Assembly: GCA_946403295.1 (NCBI GenBank)
Contig: CAMIZL010000004.1
Location: 7,113-71,112, forward strand
DNA from: an uncultured Clostridia bacterium
GTDB taxonomy: Bacteria; Bacillota; Clostridia; Lachnospirales; Lachnospiraceae
DNA length: 64,000 nt
Direction of reading: 5' to 3'
Below are positions 9,649 to 18,740 of the stretch, in pieces. Both the position numbers and the translations under genes were made by a program. How positions within the stretch are numbered: position 1 is the first letter of the stretch; each line of letters opens with the position of its first letter. The notes below the pieces were generated by a model. The model had not been told where the DNA came from. It saw only the letters and a program-made list of their open reading frames with translations, and searched no databases.

Positions 9649-11742
9649 ATGGCAGGAAAAGATTTTAACGGAGGTTCGGACGATTTCAGCGAGATCGACG
9701 AATTCGACGATCCGGGTTACAACGAACCGGAATATGATGACGCGGTCTTCGACGAACCCGGCAGCTACGAAGAGGACTATGAAGAGTCCGAATTCGGTGA
9801 GGCCGATTACGATGAGTCCGATGCGGAATTAGCGGACCCTGACGCCGAGGCCGATGCCCCGCTCTTTGAAGAAGACGGTTTCATATATGATGAGGAGGGT
9901 CACAGCGAACCCACACCCACCGTATATTATTACAAAGACGAAGAAAATTACGAAGAGGACATGCTCTACGAGGAGCCGGAGGAAGATGAGAATTTGACAA
10001 ACGGAAAGAAAAAGATGTCTTTGAAAAAGAAGATCCTCCTCGGCGTCGGTATTACTTTCGGAACACTCCTCTTATTCGTGATGTTTTGTATATTTACGGC
10101 ACCCGGACGAGAGATTTTGTACGCAATTACCGGAAAAATCTGGGACACTTCTACGGATAAGGTAGACGAGACCATAGAAGAACAGGCCAGGGATCTTATC
10201 AGCGTCTTTACGGGTGACGGTAAGAACCTTGTCGATGGTCAGAGCAGTTTTGAATCGATCCAGATAAGACCCGAGGGTCCGAGAAGCGAGGAATATGTCA
10301 CAACATATCTTATCTTCGGTATCGAGGAGATCGACGGTGCAGCCAACACGGATGCGATCATGCTCATATCCATTAACAAAAAGGATAATACCATTAAGCT
10401 CACCTCGATAATGCGAGACACATATGTCAACATCCCCGGTGAGTATCCCAACAAGATCAATTCCGTTTATGCGCGCGGAGCCAAGAGGGCGGATGATCCG
10501 ACACTTAAAAAGGCCACGGGCGCGGCGCTTCTCGTAAACGTTATCGAGAACACGTTCGATATTGATATCTCCGGATATGCATGCGTTAATTTCAAGAGCT
10601 TTGAGAAGATCGTCGACAGGCTCGGCGGCATCGATATCGAACTCGGTGAGAAGGAAGCCGCTTATCTGAGAAAAACAAATTATATCAGCAATCCCGCAAA
10701 CCGTACCGTTAAAGCGGGCTGGAACCACATGAACGGCAATCAGGTCCTCGGATATTGCCGTGTAAGAAAGGTAGTTACTCTCGGCGGCGCAAACAATGAC
10801 TACGGACGTACGGTAAGACACAGACGTGTCATAAACGCCATCATAAATAAATTTAAGTCGGCAAGTTACCTTGATATGCTGCCCATAATTCAGGACTGCC
10901 TTGCGGAAATATTTACCAATATCAAGAGCGATCAGATTTCGGATACGGTAAGGGATGTTATAGAGAACAATATCTTCTCGACGGCATCCATGAGACTTCC
11001 TGCCGAAGAATTCTTTACGGACAGCGGAAGGAAAGGAATTTTTAACGGAAGCAGCAACATCACGTATACTCTTGTTCTCGGCGACCAGCTCGGGAAGAAT
11101 ATAGAGAGATTACATCAGTTCGTTTTCCTTGACAATGAAGGAGAGACCGATACGACGGGTCTCGTGGGAGCCGGAGCCGGCGTTGCGATCGGTTCGGCAG
11201 GCTCTTCGTCCTCGTCGTCCGCAAAAGCCACTCCTACACCGACACCCGTTCCCACAAAGTCTCTCGTCGATGAGTCGATACCCGCGTCAGTTACGGAGCA
11301 GGGCGCGGAAGGTGATCCTTCCGTAACCGACCTGTCCGGCGAGACCGCAGTACAGATCGATCCGGTCACGGGTGAGATAATACCTGTGACTCCCGGAAGT
11401 GAGGACGCAACCGTTTCGGGCGACACGAAGGGAACACTTGAAGGAACGGAGGGCGCGGGAAGCGAAGGCGCCACCGAAGGCTCCGAGGGATCCGGTGAAA
11501 CTCAGCAGGGTACAGCAGGAAGCACGGAAAATCCCGAAGGAACGGAAGATACGGGAAGCGAGGGAAGCCCTGCGGACACGCAGGGATCCGGTGAAACCCT
11601 GCAGGGCGAGGCACAAGGCATCGCCGGAAACGAAGAAACAACCGAAGGTGCAGGTACGGATCAGGGTCAACAGGGCAAAATCCCGTCTGGACCTTCGGAA
11701 CAGGAACCGGCAGGGCAGGAGGAAACCGGCCCCGTCGGTTGA
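9649..11742 (+). CDS. LCP (LytR-CpsA-Psr) family protein with acidic N-tail and low-complexity C-tail
   Basis: 697 aa. Architecture is an acidic cytoplasmic N-terminus, a TM helix (ILLGVGITFGTLLLFVMFCIF), an LCP core (NTDAIMLISINKKDNTIKLTSIMRDTYVNIPG...INSVYA) and a Gly/Glu/Thr/Ser-rich C-terminus. Confidence 0.85.
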   Translation: MAGKDFNGGSDDFSEIDEFDDPGYNEPEYDDAVFDEPGSYEEDYEESEFGEADYDESDAELADPDAEADAPLFEEDGFIYDEEGHSEPTPTVYYYKDEENYEEDMLYEEPEEDENLTNGKKKMSLKKKILLGVGITFGTLLLFVMFCIFTAPGREILYAITGKIWDTSTDKVDETIEEQARDLISVFTGDGKNLVDGQSSFESIQIRPEGPRSEEYVTTYLIFGIEEIDGAANTDAIMLISINKKDNTIKLTSIMRDTYVNIPGEYPNKINSVYARGAKRADDPTLKKATGAALLVNVIENTFDIDISGYACVNFKSFEKIVDRLGGIDIELGEKEAAYLRKTNYISNPANRTVKAGWNHMNGNQVLGYCRVRKVVTLGGANNDYGRTVRHRRVINAIINKFKSASYLDMLPIIQDCLAEIFTNIKSDQISDTVRDVIENNIFSTASMRLPAEEFFTDSGRKGIFNGSSNITYTLVLGDQLGKNIERLHQFVFLDNEGETDTTGLVGAGAGVAIGSAGSSSSSSAKATPTPTPVPTKSLVDESIPASVTEQGAEGDPSVTDLSGETAVQIDPVTGEIIPVTPGSEDATVSGDTKGTLEGTEGAGSEGATEGSEGSGETQQGTAGSTENPEGTEDTGSEGSPADTQGSGETLQGEAQGIAGNEETTEGAGTDQGQQGKIPSGPSEQEPAGQEETGPVG

Positions 11743-11812
11743 ACGGATACAGATAAGGCTTTGTACGGCAGACGATCACGAGTCGTATGATTTAATACAG
11801 ATGAGGTTCTAA

Positions 11813-13441
11813 ATGGCAGACGATCCCGTATTGGATGAGATGATCGAAATATTACCGGATGAGACTTCCTTAGACCCTGACGGGTCGGCAGGAGACGAGC
11901 ATGTCGAAGACAGTGACATGATCATTGCTCCCGATAAGGAAGTCGGTTTGGCGTTCGCGGAAGACGAGGATGCGGACATGACGATCGTCCCCGAACGTGT
12001 TCCGATAGAAGAATTAAATACCACCGGGCCGGACGATACTGCTGTCGACGAAGACGCAGACATGAAGATCGTCCCGGACGACGGCTATTACGATACGAAA
12101 ATGAAGTCCGCGCCTCCCGAAGATATCGACGAAGATGCGGATATGAAGATCGTTCCCGACGGTGGTACATATGAGGACGACTACAGCCGCGAAATGTATG
12201 AACTCGAACACGAGGATGATGACCGTGATCTCATAGAAGAGATCAACGCGTCGCTTCAGGAGCAGACGAGGAATTCGATCGTTGATGAAGTCCCGCTTAC
12301 GGCTATCGAGATCGAATCGGAATTCTCATCGGGATTTGCGAGGTTTGTTTCCAAACTAAAGAAAATACCGTGGTGGGCATATACGTTATGCGTGGGAGGC
12401 CTTGTGCTGACAGTCGGAGCGATCGTTTTGATCGTGTCCGGGATCGGACGTAATATAGCGATCAGCGAAGGCAGCGAATATGCGGCTGGCATGATGAATT
12501 ACAGCCCCGTTGTTGCCGAACCGATCGTAGAGATCCCCGATGATCTTGATTATGATATGGAACCCGGAGTCGAGGTGGTCGATGAGACGCAAAAACTCGA
12601 GATGCCGGAGGTGACCAAAAAGCCCGAAGTCGTCGAGGCGGTTCCCGAGGAGAAGAAGATCCATAACATATTGCTTCTCGGTGAAGAGAACATCGAAGGC
12701 GGAGAAGGACGCGGCAGATCCGATCTTATCATGATCGCGACCATAAACGAAGAAGACAAGAGTATCAAGCTCACATCGATCATGCGTGACATACTCGTTG
12801 CCATTCCGGGTTACAGCGACAACAGGCTTAATGCCGCTTATGCGATGGGAGGCGTCTCTCTTGTTTACCAGACGCTCGCCAACAACCTCGGACTTGATAT
12901 TGACAATTACGCGAGAGTGAATTTCGAGTCGTTTGAGTCGATCATCGATGCGATCGGCGGAGTTGATATCAAGCTTACAAAAGAAGAAGCGGACTATTTA
13001 AACAATACCAATTACATAAGCAAAGAAGAATTCCGTAACGTCAAGGCGGGCAAGAACCACCTGAACGGCAATCAGGCTCTCGGATACTGTCGTATAAGAA
13101 AGGTCGGGACTTCGGAACGCGAATACAGCGATTTCGGTCGTACATCGCGTCATCGTAAGCTGCTTGAGTCGATCATCACTTCGATCAAAGACATGAATCT
13201 CAAACAGCTCAAGAAGTTCTGCGACAAATGTCTGCCCTATGTGACAACGGACATCGATGAAGAAACGCTTGAGAAATACATAAAGGCTGTATTCGATATA
13301 GGTCTCGACAAGAAAGTTAAGGACTACAGGATACCTATCGACGGAACATACAGCGACGCAAACCTCAGAGGCATGCTCGTAACGAAAGTAGACCTCAGAA
13401 AGAACGCGCTTGAATTGCAGGCCTTCATTCGGGGGGATTGA
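11813..13441 (+). CDS. LCP (LytR-CpsA-Psr) family protein
   Basis: 542 aa. The acidic N-tail carries DEDADM(K/T)IVPD three times. It is followed by a TM helix and an LCP core (RSDLIMIATINEEDKSIKLTSIMRDILVAIPG...LNAAYA). Paralogue of the upstream gene. Confidence 0.85.
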   Translation: MADDPVLDEMIEILPDETSLDPDGSAGDEHVEDSDMIIAPDKEVGLAFAEDEDADMTIVPERVPIEELNTTGPDDTAVDEDADMKIVPDDGYYDTKMKSAPPEDIDEDADMKIVPDGGTYEDDYSREMYELEHEDDDRDLIEEINASLQEQTRNSIVDEVPLTAIEIESEFSSGFARFVSKLKKIPWWAYTLCVGGLVLTVGAIVLIVSGIGRNIAISEGSEYAAGMMNYSPVVAEPIVEIPDDLDYDMEPGVEVVDETQKLEMPEVTKKPEVVEAVPEEKKIHNILLLGEENIEGGEGRGRSDLIMIATINEEDKSIKLTSIMRDILVAIPGYSDNRLNAAYAMGGVSLVYQTLANNLGLDIDNYARVNFESFESIIDAIGGVDIKLTKEEADYLNNTNYISKEEFRNVKAGKNHLNGNQALGYCRIRKVGTSEREYSDFGRTSRHRKLLESIITSIKDMNLKQLKKFCDKCLPYVTTDIDEETLEKYIKAVFDIGLDKKVKDYRIPIDGTYSDANLRGMLVTKVDLRKNALELQAFIRGD

Positions 13442-13462
13442 TACTTCGTTGAAGTGTCCGGC

Positions 13463-13552
13463 AGAGAAGCGGATGCGAACAATCAAGTCAATTTGACAGG
13501 ATCCGAAAGAGAAGCAGATGCGAACAATCAAGTCAATTTGACAGGATCCGAA
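13463..13552. repeat. 45-bp tandem duplication (2 units, 1 mismatch) in LCP-relQ intergenic region
   Basis: agagaagc(g/a)gatgcgaacaatcaagtcaatttgacaggatccgaa occurs twice back to back, at 13463-13507 and 13508-13552. Confidence 0.95.
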
Positions 13553-13574
13553 ACGGTATGAAAGGAGCGGATGT

Positions 13575-14378
13575 ATGGAAATACAGATGTGGAGAGAAAT
13601 CCTTGAACCCTACTCACTTGCGGTGGATGAACTCAAGGAAAAATTTGAACACATGAGATCGGCCTACAGGGCTGCAGGTCTTTATTCGCCTATCGAGCAG
13701 GTTGATGTCCGTGTAAAATCGATTTCCAGCTTGCTTGAAAAGGTTCAGCGCAAGCATATCTCTCTTGATGACATCGAGACACACATCGACGATATCGCCG
13801 GTGTTCGTATCATCTGCCAGTTTATCGAGGATATATATAAGGTTGCGCAGATAATCAAGAAACGTACCGACATGCAGGTGGTGGAAGAACAGGATTATGT
13901 AAAGGACCAGAAGCCGTCCGGTTACAGAAGCTACCACATGGTCATCAAATACAGGGTTGAGTCGTTAAAGGGTCCCAAGGATATCTTCTGCGAGATCCAG
14001 ATCAGAACGCTCGCCATGAACTTCTGGGCAACGATCGAGCATTCCCTTCAATACAAGTACAAGCAGAACATGCCCGAGAATCTGCGCGTCAGACTTTTAA
14101 AGGCCGCTGAAGCGATCGTCGTTCTCGACAGGGAGATGTCCCTTGTGCGAGGCGAGATCATGGATGCCCAGAACACATTTACATTGAAATCGAATCTTGT
14201 TGCCGACATCCTTACCAACATTCAAAACCTCTATAAGGTTGCGAATAAGCGTGAGATCGTAAAGATTCAGGACGAATTTTTCAAGATCTACAACTCGGAG
14301 GATCTGGCGCATCTCGAGCTTTTTGCGAAGGAGCTTGATATAATCTCTGAAGGCTATAGGGCGCAAAGCCTTAAATAA
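13575..14378 (+). CDS. small alarmone ((p)ppGpp) synthetase, RelQ/RelP-like
   Basis: 267 aa with RBS AAAGGAG 7 nt upstream. RelA/SpoT synthetase motifs are present (DIAGVRIICQF, SGYRSYHMVIKY, EIQIRTLAMNFWATIEH). No hydrolase domain. Confidence 0.85.
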   Translation: MEIQMWREILEPYSLAVDELKEKFEHMRSAYRAAGLYSPIEQVDVRVKSISSLLEKVQRKHISLDDIETHIDDIAGVRIICQFIEDIYKVAQIIKKRTDMQVVEEQDYVKDQKPSGYRSYHMVIKYRVESLKGPKDIFCEIQIRTLAMNFWATIEHSLQYKYKQNMPENLRVRLLKAAEAIVVLDREMSLVRGEIMDAQNTFTLKSNLVADILTNIQNLYKVANKREIVKIQDEFFKIYNSEDLAHLELFAKELDIISEGYRAQSLK

Positions 14379-14475
14379 TGATGCAGGGATGTTTGCCGCG
14401 CAGGCTGTTTGCGTTTAGGAAAGTTTTATGAATCGGTTTAAGAAGATCAAGAATTGAAAACAGGGGATTACGTCT

Positions 14476-15957
14476 ATGTACAGAGATTATCTTCCTGAAA
14501 AGTTCATACAGCACATGCAGGAACTCCTCGGAGATGAATTTGAGGAGTTCTTGGCGTCGTATGACGAGGAACCGGCTTCCGGACTCAGAGTCAATCCCAT
14601 GAAGGTTTCTTTCGAACGGTTCGGGGAGCTTTACAAAAAACTCGAGAGAGTCCCGTGGGCAGAAGGAGGCTTCTATGTACAGACCGAAGAGGGTGAATCC
14701 GCACCTTCGAAGCATCCCTACTATCATGCGGGACTTTATTATCTTCAGGAACCGAGCGCGATGGCACCGGGCGCGCTTTTGCCCGTAACACAGGGCTGTC
14801 GGGTGCTTGATCTGTGCGCGGCTCCCGGAGGAAAGAGCACGCAGATCGGAGCAAGGCTCGCCGGCAGCGGTATACTTGTATCGAACGACATAAGCGCTTC
14901 CCGCGCAAGGGCGCTTCTTAAGAATATCGAGCTTTTTGGTATCGGAAATGTTCTAATACTTTCCGAATCGCCCGACAAGCTTGCTACCGTTTTTTCGGGG
15001 TACTTCGACAGGATCATCATCGATGCACCATGCTCGGGGGAGGGTATGTTCCGAAAGGTTCACGCGGTTGCAAAGAATTGGGAGCAATACGGCAGTGCTT
15101 ATTATGCCGATCTTCAGAAGCAGATAATCCCGCACGCGATCGAAATGCTGGCACCGGGCGGGATCATGATATATTCGACTTGTACATTCTCACCGCTTGA
15201 AGATGAGGATTCGCTTGATCTTATACTCAAAGAACATCCCGAGATGCATGTGATCGCATTCCCGGAGGCCGACAGGCTCTTTGGGGAGGTCGGGTTCGTA
15301 AGAGCCGGGAACATCAAAGGCAGATCGTATCCCGAAGAGATATCAAACGCCGCAAGGCTTTTCCCTCACAAGATAAAAGGCGAAGGTCATTTTGTGGCGC
15401 TTTTGCAAAAAGACGGGTCCCCCGCTGACGGAGCAGACGGCTCACTATCTGTCGGAGCTCAGGAGCCTGCCTCACGTACGACCGCATTTAAAAATGTTTA
15501 TGACGCATCCGTGCGCAAGCGCCACCGTGATATCCCCGACAGCGCGTTTGATTTTCTTGAGAAAGTCGGGTTCAGGATCGCGGCCGACAAGCTTTACGTG
15601 AAATCGGGATTTTTGTCGCTTGATCCGGATCCCGATATACCCTTCGGAGCCGAGAAACTGCGCACACTCAGACGCGGACTTCTGCTCGGAGAGATCAGGA
15701 AGGACAGGTTCGAGCCTTCCCAGGCACTTGCGTGTGCGATGCCTGCGGGCGCATATCCGAACACAGTCGATTTCCCGGCCGATTCCGACGACGTGATCAG
15801 ATATTTGAAGTGCGAAACTATATGCGTTAACGGAGAAAACGCGAAAGCAGAAGACGGCTATGTCCTTGTGTGCACGGACGGTTTCCCGCTCGGATGGGCG
15901 CGGAAAAAGGACGATACCCTGAAAAACCGGTATCTTCCGGGTTGGAGAATGATGTGA
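14476..15957 (+). CDS. 16S rRNA m5C methyltransferase, RsmF/RsmB (NOL1/NOP2/Sun) family
   Basis: 493 aa. SAM-binding motif (VLDLCAAPGGKSTQI), catalytic DAPCSGEGMFRK and a second Cys motif (IYSTCTFSPLEDE). Confidence 0.85.
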   Translation: MYRDYLPEKFIQHMQELLGDEFEEFLASYDEEPASGLRVNPMKVSFERFGELYKKLERVPWAEGGFYVQTEEGESAPSKHPYYHAGLYYLQEPSAMAPGALLPVTQGCRVLDLCAAPGGKSTQIGARLAGSGILVSNDISASRARALLKNIELFGIGNVLILSESPDKLATVFSGYFDRIIIDAPCSGEGMFRKVHAVAKNWEQYGSAYYADLQKQIIPHAIEMLAPGGIMIYSTCTFSPLEDEDSLDLILKEHPEMHVIAFPEADRLFGEVGFVRAGNIKGRSYPEEISNAARLFPHKIKGEGHFVALLQKDGSPADGADGSLSVGAQEPASRTTAFKNVYDASVRKRHRDIPDSAFDFLEKVGFRIAADKLYVKSGFLSLDPDPDIPFGAEKLRTLRRGLLLGEIRKDRFEPSQALACAMPAGAYPNTVDFPADSDDVIRYLKCETICVNGENAKAEDGYVLVCTDGFPLGWARKKDDTLKNRYLPGWRMM

Positions 15958-15973
15958 GAGGAACCGGAACTTA

Positions 15974-16687
15974 ATGGATGAATTGACAGAACAGCTTATG
16001 AACGAACGGGTTGAGAGGATTCCTGCCGGACATCTTCTCGACGGCGTGAAGGCGATAATCTTTGATCTCGACGGAACGCTGATAGATTCGATGTGGATGT
16101 GGAAGCAGATCGACATCGATTACCTGGCATCGAAGGGAAAGCCTTTTCCCCCGAATCTTCAGGACACAATATCGGGGATGAGTTTTTCCGAAACAGCGGT
16201 ATATTTTAAAAAGACTTTTGAGCTTGACGATGACCTTGAGGTGATCAAGAAATGCTGGAATGACATGGCATATGACATGTACAACACCCGTGTGACACTC
16301 AAAGAGGGAGTGCGCGAATTCCTCGAAATGGTCAAAGCGCGCAGGATAAAGACAGGGATCGCGACGAGCAATTCAAATGAGCTTGCTTTTTCAGTCGCAA
16401 AGAGGCTCGGGATCGACGCATATATAGACGAGATACACACGGCATGCGAGGTGGAAAAAGGAAAGCCGAATCCCGATATCTTTCTGTTCGTTGCCGAAAC
16501 GCTGGGCGTTAAGCCCTCGGAATGCCTTGTGTTTGAGGACGTCCTTCGCGGCGTTATTGCAGGAAGGCGCGCGGGCATGAGGGTCTGTGCCTGTTACGAT
16601 CCCGTGGCCGAATATGAAGACGCGGAAAAAAAGCAGATCGCGAATTGTTATATAAAAAGCTTCAAAGAGCTTGTGATCGAAAGGTGA
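15974..16687 (+). CDS. HAD-family hydrolase (phosphatase)
   Basis: 237 aa with HAD motif I (IIFDLDGTLIDS). Motifs II and III are compatible (GIATSN, KGKPNPDIF, VFEDVLRGVIAG). Confidence 0.85.
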   Translation: MDELTEQLMNERVERIPAGHLLDGVKAIIFDLDGTLIDSMWMWKQIDIDYLASKGKPFPPNLQDTISGMSFSETAVYFKKTFELDDDLEVIKKCWNDMAYDMYNTRVTLKEGVREFLEMVKARRIKTGIATSNSNELAFSVAKRLGIDAYIDEIHTACEVEKGKPNPDIFLFVAETLGVKPSECLVFEDVLRGVIAGRRAGMRVCACYDPVAEYEDAEKKQIANCYIKSFKELVIER

Positions 16688-16693
16688 AGCAAT

Positions 16694-17287
16694 ATGGAAA
16701 AAAAAGAAAGAACGGTCCCGGGAAAGGGATCAAGAGGTTATATCAACAGAATAAAGAAACTTGCGATACTCATAGCGATAGGATCGTTTGCGCTTGCGGC
16801 ACTTCTGTTTGTGCTGGGGCTTATCATTTTTGAAAGTAAACTCAATATCCTTTCGATATTTGCGGCATTGATCATCATTCCTTTCGCGGGAGCGGTGACA
16901 CGATTTGTGCTGTTCAGAAAATACAGCTCGGTGAGCGAGGAGGACGAAAATAAGGTATTTGAGGCGACTCCCGCGGGCAGCACGACTCTTGCGGATCTGG
17001 TGATGACGTCACCGGAGCACGCTCTCGGATTTGCGTTTATGGTTGTCACGGACAATGAGATCGCAGGCCTGCGTGCGAAGGGAGAAAAGCTTTCGACCGT
17101 TAAGCTCTATGAATATCTGAGAGATCTCGTAAAGAAAAAAGGATTTGAATTTGAAGTCGAAGTTCTCGACGACATGGACAAATTCATCGATCATATTTCG
17201 GGACTGTCCGAGTCACCGGCAAGAGCCGAAGACGAGACCGATCCGCAGGAAGAAGTAATAGATATGCTCAAGATCTACATGGCATGA
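16694..17287 (+). CDS. hypothetical 2-TM membrane protein
   Basis: 197 aa. Two adjacent hydrophobic helices near the N-terminus and an acidic soluble C-terminal domain. I recognise no motif. Confidence 0.5.
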   Translation: MEKKERTVPGKGSRGYINRIKKLAILIAIGSFALAALLFVLGLIIFESKLNILSIFAALIIIPFAGAVTRFVLFRKYSSVSEEDENKVFEATPAGSTTLADLVMTSPEHALGFAFMVVTDNEIAGLRAKGEKLSTVKLYEYLRDLVKKKGFEFEVEVLDDMDKFIDHISGLSESPARAEDETDPQEEVIDMLKIYMA

Positions 17288-17372
17288 TTACCAAAAAGTC
17301 CCCGGCGGTGTAAGGGAGGGTTAACTATATCACCCTTGCGGGGCGTTTTAAGGCGGCACTGCGGAGGTTTAT

Positions 17373-18602
17373 ATGAAACTGGTCGTTATAGGCATTAATG
17401 AAGACGGACAGCGTGTCGACAGACTTGTCGGCAAGCTTATTCCGCGCGCCGAAAAGGGACTCATATACAAAGCGATCAGGAAGAAGATCGTCACGTTGAA
17501 CGGCAAAAAGACCGAGCCGGATGTCAGGGTTAAAGAAGGGGACGAACTGAGGCTGTTCTTCAGCGACAGCACGTTGCGGGATCTCGGAGGAACACCGGAT
17601 ACCGAGATCATAAAAACGACCGCTCCGCATGAATCGGGACAGGAACCGGGGAACCTGAAGTTACAGGGGCTGAAACCGGGGAACCTGAAGTTACAGGGGC
17701 AGGAACCGGGGAACCTGAAGTTACAGGGGCTGAAACCGGGAAAACCGAGAAAACAGGGGCATGAACCCGGAGAAGCTTCCTCGTCCCGCGAAAGCGAGAG
17801 CGCACATGCGCACATCGCCGGATATGTTTTCTCCGACAATATCATATATGAGGATAAAGATGTGATCCTCGTCTATAAACCCGAGGGGGTACTCACGCAG
17901 GGCGCGGGGGAGAGAAAAGCGCATCAGCGCGCAAATCCTGAGAACGCAGGCAAAAAAACCGCACCGCCCGAAGTCTCCTTAAACGATCTTTTGATCGACT
18001 ATTTGAACAAAACCGGAAAGATATCGGGGACGGGTGAAACTTTTAAACCATCCGTATGCAACAGACTTGACCGTAACACGTCGGGGATCGTCGTGTGCGG
18101 TTGCTCGCTAAAAGGTCTCAGAGAGATGTCGGGGCTTATCCACGACAGAAAGCTCCAAAAATACTATCTGTGCGCGGTAAAAGGCATCATCGATGAGCCC
18201 GGCGACCTTAGAGGCTGGCTCGTGAAGGACGAGAAAACCAATAAGGTCAGGATTTATAAGGAAAAGCCGGATGATCCCGATGCGCTCAATATCGAAACAA
18301 GATTCGTACCGCTCAGAAAGACTCAAAACATGACGCTTCTCGAGGTGGAACTTGTTACGGGCAGACCGCATCAGATCAGAGCGCACATGGCAAGCACAGG
18401 TCACCCCGTTGCAGGAGACCCCAAATACGGAGATCCCGCGTTCAACCGCCTTGTAGCAAGGCAGTACGGCATAAAATACCAGGCCCTGACCGCGTGGCGA
18501 CTCGTTTTCGGAAGCGATTGCCCCTCGGAGTCTCTTGCAGGCAAAGAGTTTAAAGGAAAGCAACCCGATTGGATCATAAGCGCTTTTGGCGCAAAGTTGT
18601 AA
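17373..18602 (+). CDS. RluA-family pseudouridine synthase (S4 domain plus catalytic domain) with repeat insertion
   Basis: 409 aa. S4-like N-terminus, then the catalytic motif CNRLDRNTSGIVVCG (HRLDxxTSG type), and RPHQIRAH near the C-terminus. An in-frame 10-aa repeat lies between the S4 and catalytic domains. Confidence 0.85.
   Translation: MKLVVIGINEDGQRVDRLVGKLIPRAEKGLIYKAIRKKIVTLNGKKTEPDVRVKEGDELRLFFSDSTLRDLGGTPDTEIIKTTAPHESGQEPGNLKLQGLKPGNLKLQGQEPGNLKLQGLKPGKPRKQGHEPGEASSSRESESAHAHIAGYVFSDNIIYEDKDVILVYKPEGVLTQGAGERKAHQRANPENAGKKTAPPEVSLNDLLIDYLNKTGKISGTGETFKPSVCNRLDRNTSGIVVCGCSLKGLREMSGLIHDRKLQKYYLCAVKGIIDEPGDLRGWLVKDEKTNKVRIYKEKPDDPDALNIETRFVPLRKTQNMTLLEVELVTGRPHQIRAHMASTGHPVAGDPKYGDPAFNRLVARQYGIKYQALTAWRLVFGSDCPSESLAGKEFKGKQPDWIISAFGAKL
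17641..17760 (+). repeat. in-frame 30-bp tandem repeat (4 units) inside the pseudouridine synthase gene
   Basis: aggaaccggggaacctgaagttacaggggc alternates with tgaaaccggggaacctgaagttacaggggc. This encodes GQEPGNLKLQ/GLKPGNLKLQ. The fourth unit is diverged. Confidence 0.95.
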
Positions 18603-18740
18603 TGTTTCAATGAAAATGATACCATGGAAAGGACGATTGTTTGATCTTTTGATGCGCTGCTTTTCGTGTGTATCCCACGGAATGATATCGTCATACAGTT
18701 ATGATTCCGATAATAAAACTTTGAGAAGGAGATAACAGGC

